DNA of 63,727 nucleotides, counting the filler, from Sphacelaria rigidula (taxonomy: Eukaryota): the NCBI GenBank assembly GCA_964200075.2. It is 6 parts of 6 records of this genome, joined end to end, with 100 filler letters (N's around TTAATTAATTAA, not from the genome) between each part and the next. Parts side by side here need not be neighbours in the genome. Positions count along the whole stretch, not along the records: positions 42,555 to 53,091 come from CAXNAA020006319.1; positions 53,192 to 63,727 come from CAXNAA020006320.1; 4 more parts are not named here. One strand, given 5' to 3'. The notes beneath the pieces were generated by a model. The model did not search any database. It was not told where the DNA came from and was given only the letters and a program-made list of their open reading frames with translations. The first letter of the stretch is position 1; each line of letters opens with the position of its first letter. A program made the position numbers and the translations under genes. Below, one piece after another: positions 46,701-59,899 of this stretch.

Positions 46701-49700
46701 GGACTTGAGCAGCAACTCCCGCATGATACCGTTTTGTCCTCATGTATGAACGTGCGTGTTCAAGCCAGGCAGTGGTCTGTTTGAGGCGGATAAAAAAGCT
46801 CGAGGCTTGTCGTTTGTGCTGTGTTAACTGCAGCGATCAGCATACGCCAACGAATGGGGTTCCGGAGGCCGATTCGGAATTTCTGCACGGCAGCGAATAA
46901 TACATGTATTCGTCGCTCACGTACGTTTTTCCAGCCATGAACTCGGACATCGAGGGCGAAGATATAATGGCATAAACGATCGTTGTTCCACCGGAGTGAC
47001 TTCGCAACTTTTGTTTCCCGAAATAGGTAAACACGCAGGTTTGGTCAGGCCTGTTGTCCTTTGTCGCGACTCAGATGGGCGATGACCGATATCATTAGAA
47101 AAAGCAGTCGAAGGGCTCGATACCCTCGAGGTTTGACAACCGTGGCAAAAATTTGGGTGCACCATCGGCGAGATTGCCGACCTTGTATTTGTGCTCGAGA
47201 AGCGGAGCTGTTCGCTTTTGGTTCCTACTGATGTTGTTGCTGTCAATGTTGTTGTTGAGATACTCTCCTCTGAAGAGCGCGTACGACTCGTACACTCATT
47301 GTTTTACTCCCATATCGTCTATTCTGTAAGTAGAGCTTGCCGCATTTTGTTTGTTTGTTTGTTTGTTTGTTTGTTTGTTCATTCGTTCGTCTTCGATTAT
47401 CACGATACCTTTTTACTTGGAATTCATAGCCCAAGGGTGGAAGTTACCACACGTACAGCATCAAGTCTCGCTACGAGTACTGCTACCGCGAGAGCCCACA
47501 GATGGGGTGACTATGATTTGGCCTCATCCTCAAAAATCCCGACGCGCAAATTGCAGGCGGAGAAATCGCGCGCCGACAGAGCAGCTGGTGTTGCTGCAGA
47601 GGGGAACAACGCTAAGTCAGCCCTCGCGGCGATGGAAGCCAGACTAACGGATCTGCGCCAGGAATGCAGGGAGCTCCAGGTATGACAATCCACCATTGAG
47701 CTATTTTTCGGTTGGTTGTGGAGTAGAGAACAGGCAGCAAAGGTCATTGCAATATAGTGGGGCTCCTACCACAGTACGACAGCCGCACTATGCTGGGATC
47801 GCTGGCCCCTGTCAACAGCAGCTCACGGACCGCGGGATCCGCGTGAAACACTGGTCCACTCGGTGATGATTCTGCAACACTGTACAGTAGTGCTGACCGC
47901 ATATCTACGTTGTATAGCGAGCTTTCTGTCTTCCGCTGCCGAAGGGTCTGCGGCCAACAACGGGAACTGTTGAGCTGTTGAACGAGTTACGATGTGATGG
48001 GTGTTTTCCTACATCGCAGCTGGTGGGTTTTAAGGGAGGTCGTACGTCTCTGGTGATGAGAAAATATATGTGTGCGTCAACTATTCATACGAAATGCACA
48101 ATGCTCATGGCATGTGCTCGATTACTATCTTGCACCTGCTCTATGCTGACTTCGAGCGTCACGCTGCAGCCTACGGCACCGGATATTGTTTAATTCCCTC
48201 CTTGGTCGAACCATGTTTCTCCCATGGAATGATGTGTACATACGGGGGGGTTGGGTTCGCGGTCCCGTACAGGGAGCTGCAGGCCCGGTACAGCACTGTG
48301 CTGTGCAGCACCGTGGCGGTGCCCATATTGTGCGGTTAGTCTGAGCCACACGACGTCGAGTAGTAGAGTATGACATATGTATGCCGACATGTTTGGGCGG
48401 TGGCGTGAAGAGGAGACAGGTGTTTCAACATCTCAACCACCGCTTATTTTTTTTCTCTTTGTCCACCGCTTATTAGCACCTCCATAAACGCGAGTAGCTG
48501 TGTAGTCCATCATACCTCGAACACACGATTAATTATTCCGCCGCAAGAGCGCACACCCTTACCCAGTCTCCCGCCCCTCTCCCTCCCTTCCCGGTCCACT
48601 TTACACTCTGATGGAAAATACACATACCCACGCACATACACACAGGAGGCCGCGCAAAGATCACTTGACCGCTGCGCTGATGCCGAGTCCGAGGCCGATG
48701 CTCTGCGCGCCAAGATTGCTCAACTCGAGGCCTCCACGAGCACCTCCACCGACCGCAGTGCCATAGTCGCCCTCGAGACCCGTATCGATGAGCTCGAAGA
48801 GGACGTAAGGAGGGCCGACGCGTCCAGGGTAGACGCAGAGGGAGAGGCACGGCACAACGCCAACAGGGCCAAGAGGATCCAGGGTGAGGTGGAGATGCTG
48901 CGTTCAGAATATGAGATTGTGTCGGACGAGGCGGCGGGACTGCGTGGGCGTGTCGGGGCCGCGATGGACGGGCAGGAAAGTGCGGAGCGCTCCCTTGCGG
49001 AGGTGCGCGAGGCGGTGAGTTCCAGCTAATGCGACGTGCTTGTTCGGTCGTAGTTTCGTGGAGAGTTTTTTCGGGAAAGGAGAGGGAAGGGGGCGGGGGG
49101 TGGGGGGAAATGATCCGGTGTCGGTCGTCTGTTCTGCGGTGGCTGTTGTGTACTTGCAGTGTACATCCACCTGAGGTAGATTTTTGTCGTATAATAGTGA
49201 TACCTCCTGTGCGTGTTTCGTGTGTTTTGTCGAGTCGCGTGATACTGGCTGTGTCTTTTGGTAAAAGATCTTTCGAGGCGTGCCGCTGGTCTGAGTTTCG
49301 CTGCAGCAAGTGCAGTGCTGTCATTGGGTATGTGAACGTGCGTACGCCCACCCTACCTTAGTGTCCTTGGCACTGAAAAATACTCTTTCCGCTCTACTGT
49401 TTTAGTAATGTTTTGGAGGTCGAGTCCTGCGTCCAATCCAGGCATACTGTGTCGAAGTACCTGGCGTATTCAGGTGTAACGAGAATCGCGGTCGAGAACG
49501 ATCTTGAAGTTATGGGCTTTCAATCTCCGTGCTGATGGCGAGCCTGGTTCGGTAAAAACCCCGCGTGCTCCGTTCCGGCTGTGTAAGGATGGGAGATCAC
49601 TGGTCTTATAACTATGGCATGCGAGATCATGAGTACCCCCCCTCCCCCGCCCCACACACGTCTGGATATGTAAATGTTTTTAGAGTCGCTACATTATTCA

Positions 49701-52700
49701 ACCTCAAAAACTTGGCCCTCGTGACACAAACGTGGAAGAATTGCGAACGAAGTTGGCTTTATTCGAAACTTTTTTCGCTTGATGATAGCACCCATCATGG
49801 TATACCCTACTCTGGTGTGACCCACACTGCTGGAGTTCAGTACGGATCAGTGAACTACGGGGATCAGAATTGCCATTTTACAGCACTTGGAAACAGTACT
49901 GGCCTGGTTTAGGTAGTTTCGAACAAATTTAATATTCATTCTTCCCGTCCCTGTACCCCGTCCCCCCGGCCCGCACCACACCCGCGCCACTAGAGCAAGG
50001 CCATGGAGGAACAACTCGGACACCGGCTGGGAATCCAAGAAGCAGAGGTAGAGGCCCTCCGCCAGGAGCTAGCGGCGGCCCAAGAGCGTGCCGACGCCGC
50101 TGAGCAACGCGAGGAGGCCGATGCAGGTGGAAAGACAGCGCGGCTGCTGGAGGAGATGGAGGGCTTCATGGAAGAAAAACTGGCGGCCGAAGCGCGGGCG
50201 CAGGCGATGGCGGCGGAGCTGAGCGAGCTAAGGGAATTAGTGAAGAATGCTGATGAGCGCGCCGCGCAGGAGCAAGGGATGTTGATGCAAGCTGCCCAGC
50301 AGCGCATGAAGGCTGTTGAGGAGGTGAAATTCTATTCACTTATTTTTTCGTGGAGAGTGCAGGGGAAATGTTTTTGCTTTTCGGGCGAGTGTGGCAAACG
50401 GTTTTGCGTTCGAGAATTGTTGGTCGGAGAGGGATAGCGTTCATTGGTTGGTCGTCGAGTTTGATAAAATAGTCACACCCCCGCCGTCTCTTTGTTTTTA
50501 GCCGTTGGCGGTGTGCTCTTCGTAATGCTTGTTTAGGTATGCGAGGGCTGCGTTGTCGGCAGATCTGTCATGGTTTTTGATGCACACGAACAGGCGCTGT
50601 TCCGGAACGGCCCTTGTAAGGTGTCATTGGGTTGTACTCTGACTTGGTTTGTTCTGGACCCCTTTTACGTCTGCAGCACCCGTTCCTTCCTCCGTCTTGC
50701 ACTCCCTGTCATCGATATTTCAGTTGCTTATCAACATTTGAATTTAATCATTTTTATTGTCAACCGTGTTATTGAACACGCATACACATGAACAGGAAAA
50801 GGCCGCCAAAGATCTCGCCCTAGACGAGCTCAGGGCCTCGCTCGAGGCCGCCCGGGAGTCGGCCAAAACGTCGGCCGCCGACGCGGCGGCTCTCGCCGAG
50901 AAGGTCGACGCTGCCGAGCGCAGGATCGAATCCCTCTCCCGCGAAGTCAGTGAAGCAAAGGCCGCCGCCGCCGGCGGTGCCGCTTCCATGAACGACTTCA
51001 ATGCTGTTGTGCAGGAATTCAAGGGGGAACGCCTGCGCATCGCTGAGCAGAAGGTCGACTTGCTTCGGGAGATGTTACGCGCTATCGACTCAGCGGCCGA
51101 TGAGGATGGGAACCTGAGTGAAGATTTGGTCGTGCTACAGGGAGAGATTGCGGGCGTTCTGCCGGCCGGAGGAGGATGGGCGAGCTCGGGTGCCGGTGGA
51201 GGAGCCACTGCTGCCGCTGCCGCCACCCTGGAGGCCAAAGTAGTGTCCGCGCTCAGGGAAGAGCTGGAGGCAAAGGCGGCTTTGATCGTGAAACGGAACG
51301 CGCGCATTGATCGCTTGGAGGAGGTGAAGCTGACTGTAGACCAGGTGAAGAAGCTCAGCAAGATGAAGGCGGATGGCAAGGCGGCCGCCGCTGAGAACAA
51401 GGTGCTGAAGAAGAAATTGGCGGACATGCAAGCTGCCGCTTCCGCTGGCGCGATCGGTGGCGGTGGATCGTCGGCCGACATCGCCGCCGCGCGGGCGGAA
51501 GCAACGTCCGCCAAAGAGCGCGTGGAGGAGCTCACGAGTGTCAAGGAAACCCTGCTGCAGAAGGTGAGAGGTTACGGTGCGCATATCAACGCGCTCGAGA
51601 CGGAGCAAAATCGCGTGAGGGCCGTCGTGGCGAATGCCGGGTTCGCGCTGCCTGGTGACGGAAGAGGGGCGGACAGCAGCGCGAGCTTGAGCGAAATAGT
51701 GTTCGAGGTCTTGGAGAGAGCGGCGGGCACCATCGGTGATGAGTCGTTCGTGAGTACGTCGACGAATGGGGATGGTGCGGCCGCGGCCGCGGCCGCGGCT
51801 GTGGCGGTCGGCGAGAGGCGCGACGCGGAGCTCGAAGAGTCGCGTGAAGCGCTGCAGCGAGCGGAGGCGGACAAGATTACTCTGCAGGTACGTGTTTATG
51901 AGGTTCTCCCTGTGTGAAGTTTTCCCCGTGCTCTTGTTTTCGGACGGCGATATTGTGTTACTCGGAAAATGTTGTTCACTCTTTTGCGCGTTGTTGGAAA
52001 GTTGACAAAAAGCGCACATTAGGTTACACCGCTTTTATTTCCTTCCGGAGGTGGCGTGGGGGAAAGGGAGGAGGGGGGAGGGTGCTATCAAAGAAGAATG
52101 AAGCTATTTTGAAAACGATGATATGCAGATTTTTCGTGGTGATGCGCGATTATACTTCATCGTCTTTTCCCTGCCCGTTGCTGCCACAGGACCAGATGCG
52201 GGCCGGGGTTACCAAGTACAGGGCCTTGCAGGCGGAGGAAACCAGCCTAAGGGAGAGACTGGCAGCCGCGGAACAGGAAGCGAGTAAGAATAAGGAGGCG
52301 TTGGAGGAGGCCGCTCAAAGGGAGGCCGCTCAGAAGGGGAAGTCGGGCGAGCTCGCGATACTCGAGGTCCGTGGGTTTGGAATTGTGGTAGGGACGCGTG
52401 GAAGAATTGGAGATATTGCATGTGTTTCCTCATGTGAAGTGTCTGTGATTGGGCTTTGGGGGTTGTACGGCAGAAGGGTCGGGGTTGGAAGTCAGCGTCC
52501 GAACCGCTTGTCGATACGTTTGCATATGGTTGCTCCTCAATGCGATATAATCGCAAGAGATCTGGAGCGGTGTTTTCGAAATGTATCGAGATTTGGGCTG
52601 CCGAATGTACTGTACTGTACTTCACTGTAACCAAGTATACTAAAACAATACTTCCTACGGCCCTTTTGCGTGTTGGTTTTTTGTCGGTTTCTTCTGTCGC

Positions 52701-52855
52701 TCCTTTTTATATATACTTCAACAAAAATCTCTTCGACATTGCCAACGCAGAAGGAGAACTTGCAGCTCTACTACGAGAACAAGGATCTCGCCAAGCAGCT
52801 GAAGGCGCTTCAGGAGGAGCTGCAGGCGGCGGTATCCCAACGCAACCGGAACACG
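42555..52855 (+). CDS. Very long Ala/Glu-rich coiled-coil protein, internal part (5' and 3' incomplete), 8 exons, ~1500 aa visible
   Basis: Exons <42555-44813, 45828-46220, 47557-47679, 48646-49014, 49994-50323, 50796-51887, 52190-52366 and 52751-52855. All are GT-AG and phase 0, giving a continuous heptad-rich reading frame with GC-rich coding bias. No globular domain is visible. Confidence 0.9.
47348..47379 (+). repeat. (GTTT)n microsatellite in intron
   Basis: Directly visible. Confidence 0.9.
49538..49645 (-). repeat. Repeat family R1 copy in intron
   Basis: Diverged reverse complement of 21088-21179 and 10464-10540. Confidence 0.65.
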
Positions 52856-53017
52856 GTAAGCGAAAAAACGTGTGGTTGTGATGTTGTTTTTTGTGCACTC
52901 TGTCTGTGCCACCTTCTTCTTGCTCACTTTTCTTCAGCGAGTGTTTCCGTCTTTTTTACCTTGGGTACGTCTATCTTGTGAATAATGATCACGGTTGGAT
53001 CCCTGGAGGATGACTTG

Positions 53018-53091
53018 ATGTGTGTGTTGTGTTGTCCCATTTATTCTTGGCCCCAGTCTACCCCTTTCGGGATATGTGGGCGCATCAGCCG
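53018..53091 (-). mobile_element. 3' end of tRNA-SINE (cut by contig end)
   Basis: Matches 26682-26756. Confidence 0.8.
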
Positions 53092-53191
53092 NNNNNNNNN
53101 NNNNNNNNNNNNNNNNNNNNNNNNNNNNNNNNNNNTTAATTAATTAANNNNNNNNNNNNNNNNNNNNNNNNNNNNNNNNNNNNNNNNNNNN
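53092..53191. other. Artificial contig linker
   Basis: N44-TTAATTAATTAA-N44. Confidence 0.98.
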
Positions 53192-53336
53192 TCACAGAGT
53201 CGGTAGAATGCGCTGAAGAAGTATCTACGCGATCGAGAGGCATTAGGCCGACAAAAACGTCATTGGGCACCATCGCTGAAAGTGTGGAGGAGGTACTGTT
53301 TTGGGCTCGAACCTTATTTCATTGATGAACCTCATT

Positions 53337-56300
53337 TTATAGAATCCTCTGTTTAGTGTCGGGGTGAAGGCCAGCTGGGGGAATGGAATCTCCCGGAAAA
53401 TCCAAGTCGGTCGCCCCGAGGCGAGCTTTGGACGGAGACAACTTCAGATCATGCGCGCGCAAGCGAGAAAGGAATTCCCGTAGGGTGCGAATATGGACCT
53501 TAGGTGAAGCATCGAAAACGATAGCGCCGTCTAAGTACATGATGAGATGTTCGAGGCCGTCGGTGACTCGTTGCATCAGACGTTGGAAACAACCTGGCGC
53601 AGTGGCGGCGCCTTGCGGCATACGGAGCCATTCGTAGAGCCGCGAAGAGGTACAGAACGCTGTTAGAGAGACTGTATCAGGGTGGATGCCGTTCTGGAAA
53701 AACCGAAAAGCGAGGTCGAAGGTGCTGAACATTTTTCCTTCGCCAAGTGAGTCGAAAACTTCATCAATGCAGGGAATCGGAAGTTTTTCCACGACAGTGA
53801 CGCGATTCAGCCGTTTGTAGTTCACCGTAATACGTATGTTTTCATCCTTTTTAGGACAACCGCAAGGGGTGAGACCCATGGGGAGGACGAATGTTGGATC
53901 AAATCAGCTCCCCAGTATGCATCCAAAATGACATTCACCTTTTTAGTCAACAGGGGATTTGTTTGGTGTGGCCGAAAAGAAACTGGTGAAACACCGGATT
54001 GCAGGGTAATCTCAAAGGGCAACATTTTACAATACCCTAAAACCGTCTTGGTGCGGGAAAACCGATCTTGGTATTCCAGTAGGACATCGTGCAAGTCCTT
54101 GATTAGAGCGGGTTCCCAACCAGGTCCGTGAAGGTCAAAGTTGATATCACGTATATGGGGCGGTAGTTGATGCCACACTTGCAAGAAAATTTACGAGACT
54201 CTGGTGATGGGCGTCGCAGCACTTCATCAGGAGGGTCGGAGGGTGGGCGGACAGGATCCACCGTGTGAACCTGTGGCGGAGAGTAGGAGCCAAGTTCGAA
54301 ATAAGGCTCATCAACGCGATGGATAGAACCGAACGTCGGGGGCGCGGTGTCGGGCGTCGGGGTGTCAGCGACACAGATCTCGAGCGGGACGTGCATGAAG
54401 GGAGCCGCAGCGATGCCTAAAACATCAACAGAGTCCAGGTTAGCGTGTCGTGTGAGAGGCAGGAGTTGTTCTCCGGCGGAGACAAAATGCTCAGTGCCGG
54501 CAGGCGCACCAACCTTAGGGAGAAATTCTGCGAGATAGTTGCCTGTAAGTGCAGGCATGCCATTGCGGCGGACGAGAGCAACTTCTAAGAGTTGGGGATC
54601 GTCAGAGAGGGTAACACCTACACGACCTGCATAACGGAGTTGGTGGGCAGCTTCGGTGGCTTGATCATGTTGCAATAGGCCAAGGCGCCGTGAAGTGTCC
54701 CAAAATGTTCGAGGTTGAGTTCACCACGAGGCGCAAACTGTGACGAGAGCGGTGGGAGCGTGCGGTAGGTTCGTTGATCAAACTGCATGTAACTGTCTCT
54801 GCCGAGTAGCAAGGCGTGATTCATGGTGCTGTCGGGGACAATATATGCCAATACCGCGAGGCTGGCAGAACGTGTGTCGCTGTGGGAAAAAAGCACACTA
54901 AGACGTACCGATTTCCGGGTTTTCAAGGGTGGCTTGGAGTCACCGAAACCGCCCCATACACGGGGTTGGGTGGTGATTTCACAAATGTCCGAAGTAGCGC
55001 CGTGATGTTTCATGTGTTGCCACATTGATTCGCGTATCAATACTTGTGGGCTGCCACTATCCAACAAGGATACGCATTTGGCAGGTGCTGTAGCATAGGG
55101 TCCGCAGTGTAGCGCGACACGGGTGAAGGTGGCTGGATAACCAGACATTTCACCACCGATAACGTCGGGACCATGTTCAGGTAACTTAAATTGATCTGGT
55201 TCGGACGGGTTGACGGCGAAAACAGACGGCGGGTGATCTGCCGGGGGATCAGATGTGCCCCTTGGTGGTATAGATTGTGGTGGATTCCTGTGTGGAGCAC
55301 CACCTGTGTCGTCACTATGATCAATTTCGTAGATGACGGCCTTCAGAGAGCAAGGGCCAGCATTGGAAGGAGGTTCATGCTGTGTGGGGTCATCCATTGA
55401 ACAGGCAGTGGCGTCAGAAATATCCGATTTGGATTCCTCGGTGATGCCTGGTAATGCCTTCGAGCTCAAAGTCTTCGCATGGTGGAGAGAACGAGTTCAA
55501 GCTTTCCCGCTCGAGGGACGTGGGCGTACTCGTGCGCGCCAATCTTTGGGGGCACATTAACGGGGCTTCCTCTCTCGCCGTGACGAAGGGCGGGGAACTT
55601 CCAAGATATCTTTGGAAACCACAACTGCATCCAGTCGGGTGGATGCGGTCAGCTCAGCATCGGGGTATGCTCTGCCGAAACTCGTGGACTGTCCGCTGGC
55701 AAGCTTTTTTGAGAAGTCATAGCCGAAGGTATTTTGGGGTGATGATCGTGGGAACCATTCAGGGGCAGGTTCGCGTCGTACGACGAACGCGAGGAACGAG
55801 CTCGATCAGGCTGGGTGGGTGTCGGATCATCCGACTCACGACAGTCGCACAAACATGAGTTCCCAGACTTATGGGACTGAGGAAGTATTTGGTATTGTAG
55901 TGACCCCCACGAACAAGTGAACAGTGTGACATGGCCGGACTTTTCCTTCCGTTCGTTGCCGTAGCGATGGTAGTGGAAACATTTGTCGGCCAATCAGGGC
56001 GCTTAAAGTTATTCTGAAATGAAAGATGCGACTTCCCGACTCAACTCTTACCCAGTCTCATCACCAATCAATCCTTACAGTAACCGCCATCAGCTGGGAA
56101 ATTTAACGCAGGAAACCGATTTGAAAACGGTTTGTATGGGATCGAGTTATACCCCTAAACGTGATATTCAGGTGATGTGAGGTTTGGCATCGTCGGATTT
56201 CCCCTGATAATATACATCGAAAACCCAGAAATCCTCTTGACGATTTCCCTTGTAACTTTAGTGGACAAGCTCTGATCATCCTCAAACTTGACAGTTGAGT

Positions 56301-56530
56301 AGATATCGATGCTAGAAACGGGGGAAAAATCGTTGAACATTTCAAACCATATCCGCTTTCTACCAGCTTCGGGGCATCCCAGCTTGAAGACCCCCAGAAG
56401 GCGGTACAATTTGGTTCAAAAGAGAGGATTCAAATTTGACTCGTCCCGAGGCAGTCGGTCCAACGAACGTTTGTACAAAGTTTCGTTGCGAAACTCGAAA
56501 AGTTGATCCCAAACAAGCGGTCGATTTATC
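53337..56530 (-). mobile_element. Ty3/Gypsy LTR retrotransposon relic (gag - protease - RT), different lineage
   Basis: Protease LLDSGS...LLGRD (55070-54800). RT SSSPWVSP / RITVNYKRLN...FSTFDLA...YEWLRMPQG...YLDG (catalytic YLDD mutated). Frameshifts present. Confidence 0.9.
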
Positions 56531-57189
56531 CCTTTGGGAACCCGTTGACGATAGTTGTTGTGAATCGGCATCATTTTCATTCATTTTCAAGTTCAAATGA
56601 TGCCGATTCACAAAAAAGAAAATCGGAAATGGGTTCCCAAAGGGTTGAGCTCACGCGCACAAGGAAAACGTCGGTAGCATACAATCATGAAGTAATTAGG
56701 GGTATTCCGCGATCATCTGTATAGTTCAACGCACGTACGGGCCATTACTCACGCCATTTTTCGAGTTAGACCCCGAACGTTTGCACACGGGTGCTCTGGG
56801 ATATTATACTGTAATTTTTTGTTTCTCCAACAGATGCCTGGGGTCCCAGGAGGCGGAGTGTGTATAGCGGTTTTTCATGTCAAATTTTAAAGCGCAACTC
56901 TCAAGAATGAGACCGGAATCCGAATTTGGTGCCATCGCCAAACTAGGACACGCAAAGGACACGAGCGAGGAGCTTCCTTTTCGCCATTGCTCCTTCGGTG
57001 GTATCGTTATCGACACACGTGTACATCGCAATCATTGGGTGCACCTAGTCACACCTGCCTAATTGCAACAGAAACTGTTCTGCGCTCATGCTTTCCTTTG
57101 ACGATATTGTTCCGCACGAAACCAGACTTTTTGCAACACCACTTGAACCTCATTTGAGTGATCAACGTCATTTCACAGGATCCTTTGTC

Positions 57190-57233
57190 AACAACAACAA
57201 CAACAACAACTACTACTACTACCGCTACTACTA
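57190..57233 (+). repeat. (AAC)n(TAC)n compound microsatellite
   Basis: Directly visible. Confidence 0.85.
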
Positions 57234-57559
57234 CTGTGCAAATTATGCATTGGACATGAATCTCATGCGTAGATTATAGGCATGTAGTCAACCTGCTTGG
57301 CAGGAGCCAGTACGGTTTAGTTCAAAATACAAAGAGGAACGGTCCGGGAACCAGTACTGTAGCCAGTGTTTAGTCGAGCTAGAACGGCTCCGCGGCTCTA
57401 TATTGTAAGCTCTATAGTTGGGGCTTCGAGCTGAGATTCAGAGAGAGAAGGTTCAGATAGAGCTGTAAGCAAGCGGGTGGCATCTGAATGAAAAATGAAA
57501 AACACGGCGATGCAGCGCCCCACTCGGGTACGTCGTCTGCTCAACCCGTCAAGATCTCT

Positions 57560-59040
57560 CGAGACAATATTTGTTTGTCTTGCTCCGCTATAAACCGGTC
57601 CACTGCGAGGAAGCGCGCCACGGCCACACCAAGCACCTTGTAAGTGCTTCGGTTCGTGAACCTCGAGGAGTATGCAGGCAGACCCACGCACGTTGCCGAT
57701 CTGAACGGGCGCTCATGGGCACTCGCGAGAGACATGAGATGCATGGAGGCATTCCATCGTTGTATACGCAGCGGGGAAGGGACTATACCCCTTGCTTCGA
57801 CCGCATCACACCACACCGGCCGTTCCGACAGCGACCACAACACTTAACCAGCGTAGGGTGTACGAAACGCACCAACGCAATATACAGTCCTTGTGGTTCC
57901 TCCTGGCACAGGCTACGAAAGAATCAGCCGTAGCCATCGTCGCACGATGCGAGCACGGCGGCAACCCTGACTGCAGGGGAGCCTGGCTGGAGAGGGAACG
58001 GATCTACGGAGGACGAGGACGTGCACAGGACGGGCGGCCTGTGCAACTACTTGCATTGGAACGAAGACTGCGGGATCTTCAATGCAATTCTGCAGAACGA
58101 TCAGTAGATTTTAAGGTGAAGCTGGACACCATCTGAGGGGAATTCGAAGCGCTTAGAAACGCCAAAGCCGACGAGCCTAAGAGGGCAGCCCGTTTACTCG
58201 AGATCAAGGAGGCGCTTCGACAAGTATTTACCCAGCTAAGAACCCATCCAGGTATGCCGTACGATGAGCTAAAACGGGCAGTCATAGCATCATCAGCACA
58301 CCTAACGTCCTACATGAAACGCCGCGATGAGGCAGTAGCGTTCCAATCGAGAACCAACGGCAACAAAACTTACTCGGGGCTTGATAGCAATCAATGTGCG
58401 AACTATTTAAAGCGAAATCATAGGTGGCGGGAGTGTCGCTCCTACCTTACCGGCAAACCTCCGGCTACACGACCGCCGGGGATGAGTCCCGCACGAACGT
58501 TCCCACCTCTCCCACAAAACGGCAGAAGTAATGGGAGGAGGGACAGACCGAGGGCATTCATGACGATAAACGGGGTAGTCGAAGATAAGCGAGTAGTACC
58601 CATGTGCACGTCGACCAACAGTGATACAGAGGTATTGATTCTCTGCGACTCGGGAGCGAATGTCCACATGACTCCCTCGAAACAGGACCTCAGGAATACA
58701 CGTATGGTCAGTCGAAGCTGTACATTTGAGAACAAGGGACAACTACAGGCGCTGACAATGGCAGGGATCCCATTGAACGTGGGCGCTCGGAAAAGGAGGG
58801 TTCGGCAACGGTCACACGGAAGGGCGTACTTTGGGTCCCTGGACGACCTTGCCGGCTGCTGAGTACCGGAACGATTCGGCGTGACGGAGAATAGTTCGTG
58901 GATTCCGGTAGGAAGGAGAGCTACGTTCGGTTCAAAAATGATGGACCGGAGATCCCCCTAGCCAAGAATAGAGGGTTCCTGATCCTATCGACATCGCTGC
59001 AGGAGGATGGCAAACATGCGGCGTCGGCGCACGCTCCGAG
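57560..59040 (+). mobile_element. Ty1/Copia relic (gag - zinc knuckle - protease)
   Basis: Gag-like DCRGAWLERERIYG, decayed knuckle CANYLKRNHRWREC and Copia-type protease ILCDSGANVHMT. Truncated before integrase. Confidence 0.78.
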
Positions 59041-59899
59041 TGATGCTACGGAAGGGGTTGCACGTTTTTAGCGAAAATGTTTCTCGGGGTGTTGAACGGG
59101 TTATTTTGAGGATCGGCATCATTTATACTTGAAAAGGACGAAAAATAATGCCGATTCACGAGAAGGCCCCAGCGTGCATCTCCATGTCCGTACCTCGGAC
59201 ACTTGGGTTGCACATTAAACCCCGTAAATTTGGGCTCCTACAAAAAAGAGACCCAGAAACACAAAGTGCAACCCCTATCGTAGCATTGCTCCTTCGTTCT
59301 GTGACGAAATTACGCCGTCACATTGAGTTGGTAGTGATGGTCTGGATATTGGCCGGGGGCACGGGGATTCTGCAGGAGTCTGGGAGGATTCTGGAAAATG
59401 ACCGGGGACACGGGGATGATACCCTGCAGATCTATGAGGCTGTGCTCGCAAGGGCACTCCGGATAATGAAATGTTGTAAAGGCTGACAACTGAAACTGAG
59501 GCCAGAGAGACTGGGGAGTCCCTCAAGCAGCAGTGATCCAGCAGTTCTTCTTCTTGCTGGCGTCACAAGATCACTATTGGTTCTAGTACCTAACGGAACC
59601 TGTTGGAAGAATTTCGGCGGAAAAGTCTGGAAGCTGGAGACAACCTGATTCATCACGTTCGCGTGGAGGAGGTTGAAGTTGAGGTAGCTGCAGAAAGGCG
59701 GCTGGCCTATGATTGATCTAGACTGGAGACCTACTGAAACTGCGGGCAGCGGGAGTTCGGAGGCTCCTGCGACTGTGTGATGCGGCGACAAAACAAGCGT
59801 GAAGTGTGCAATTCGCGACGGTCTGCTGGCCTGCGACAGGTTCGCCGGTAGCCGACTACTGCTATTATGACGACCGGCTCGCGTGCTGCGTCCAGTATG

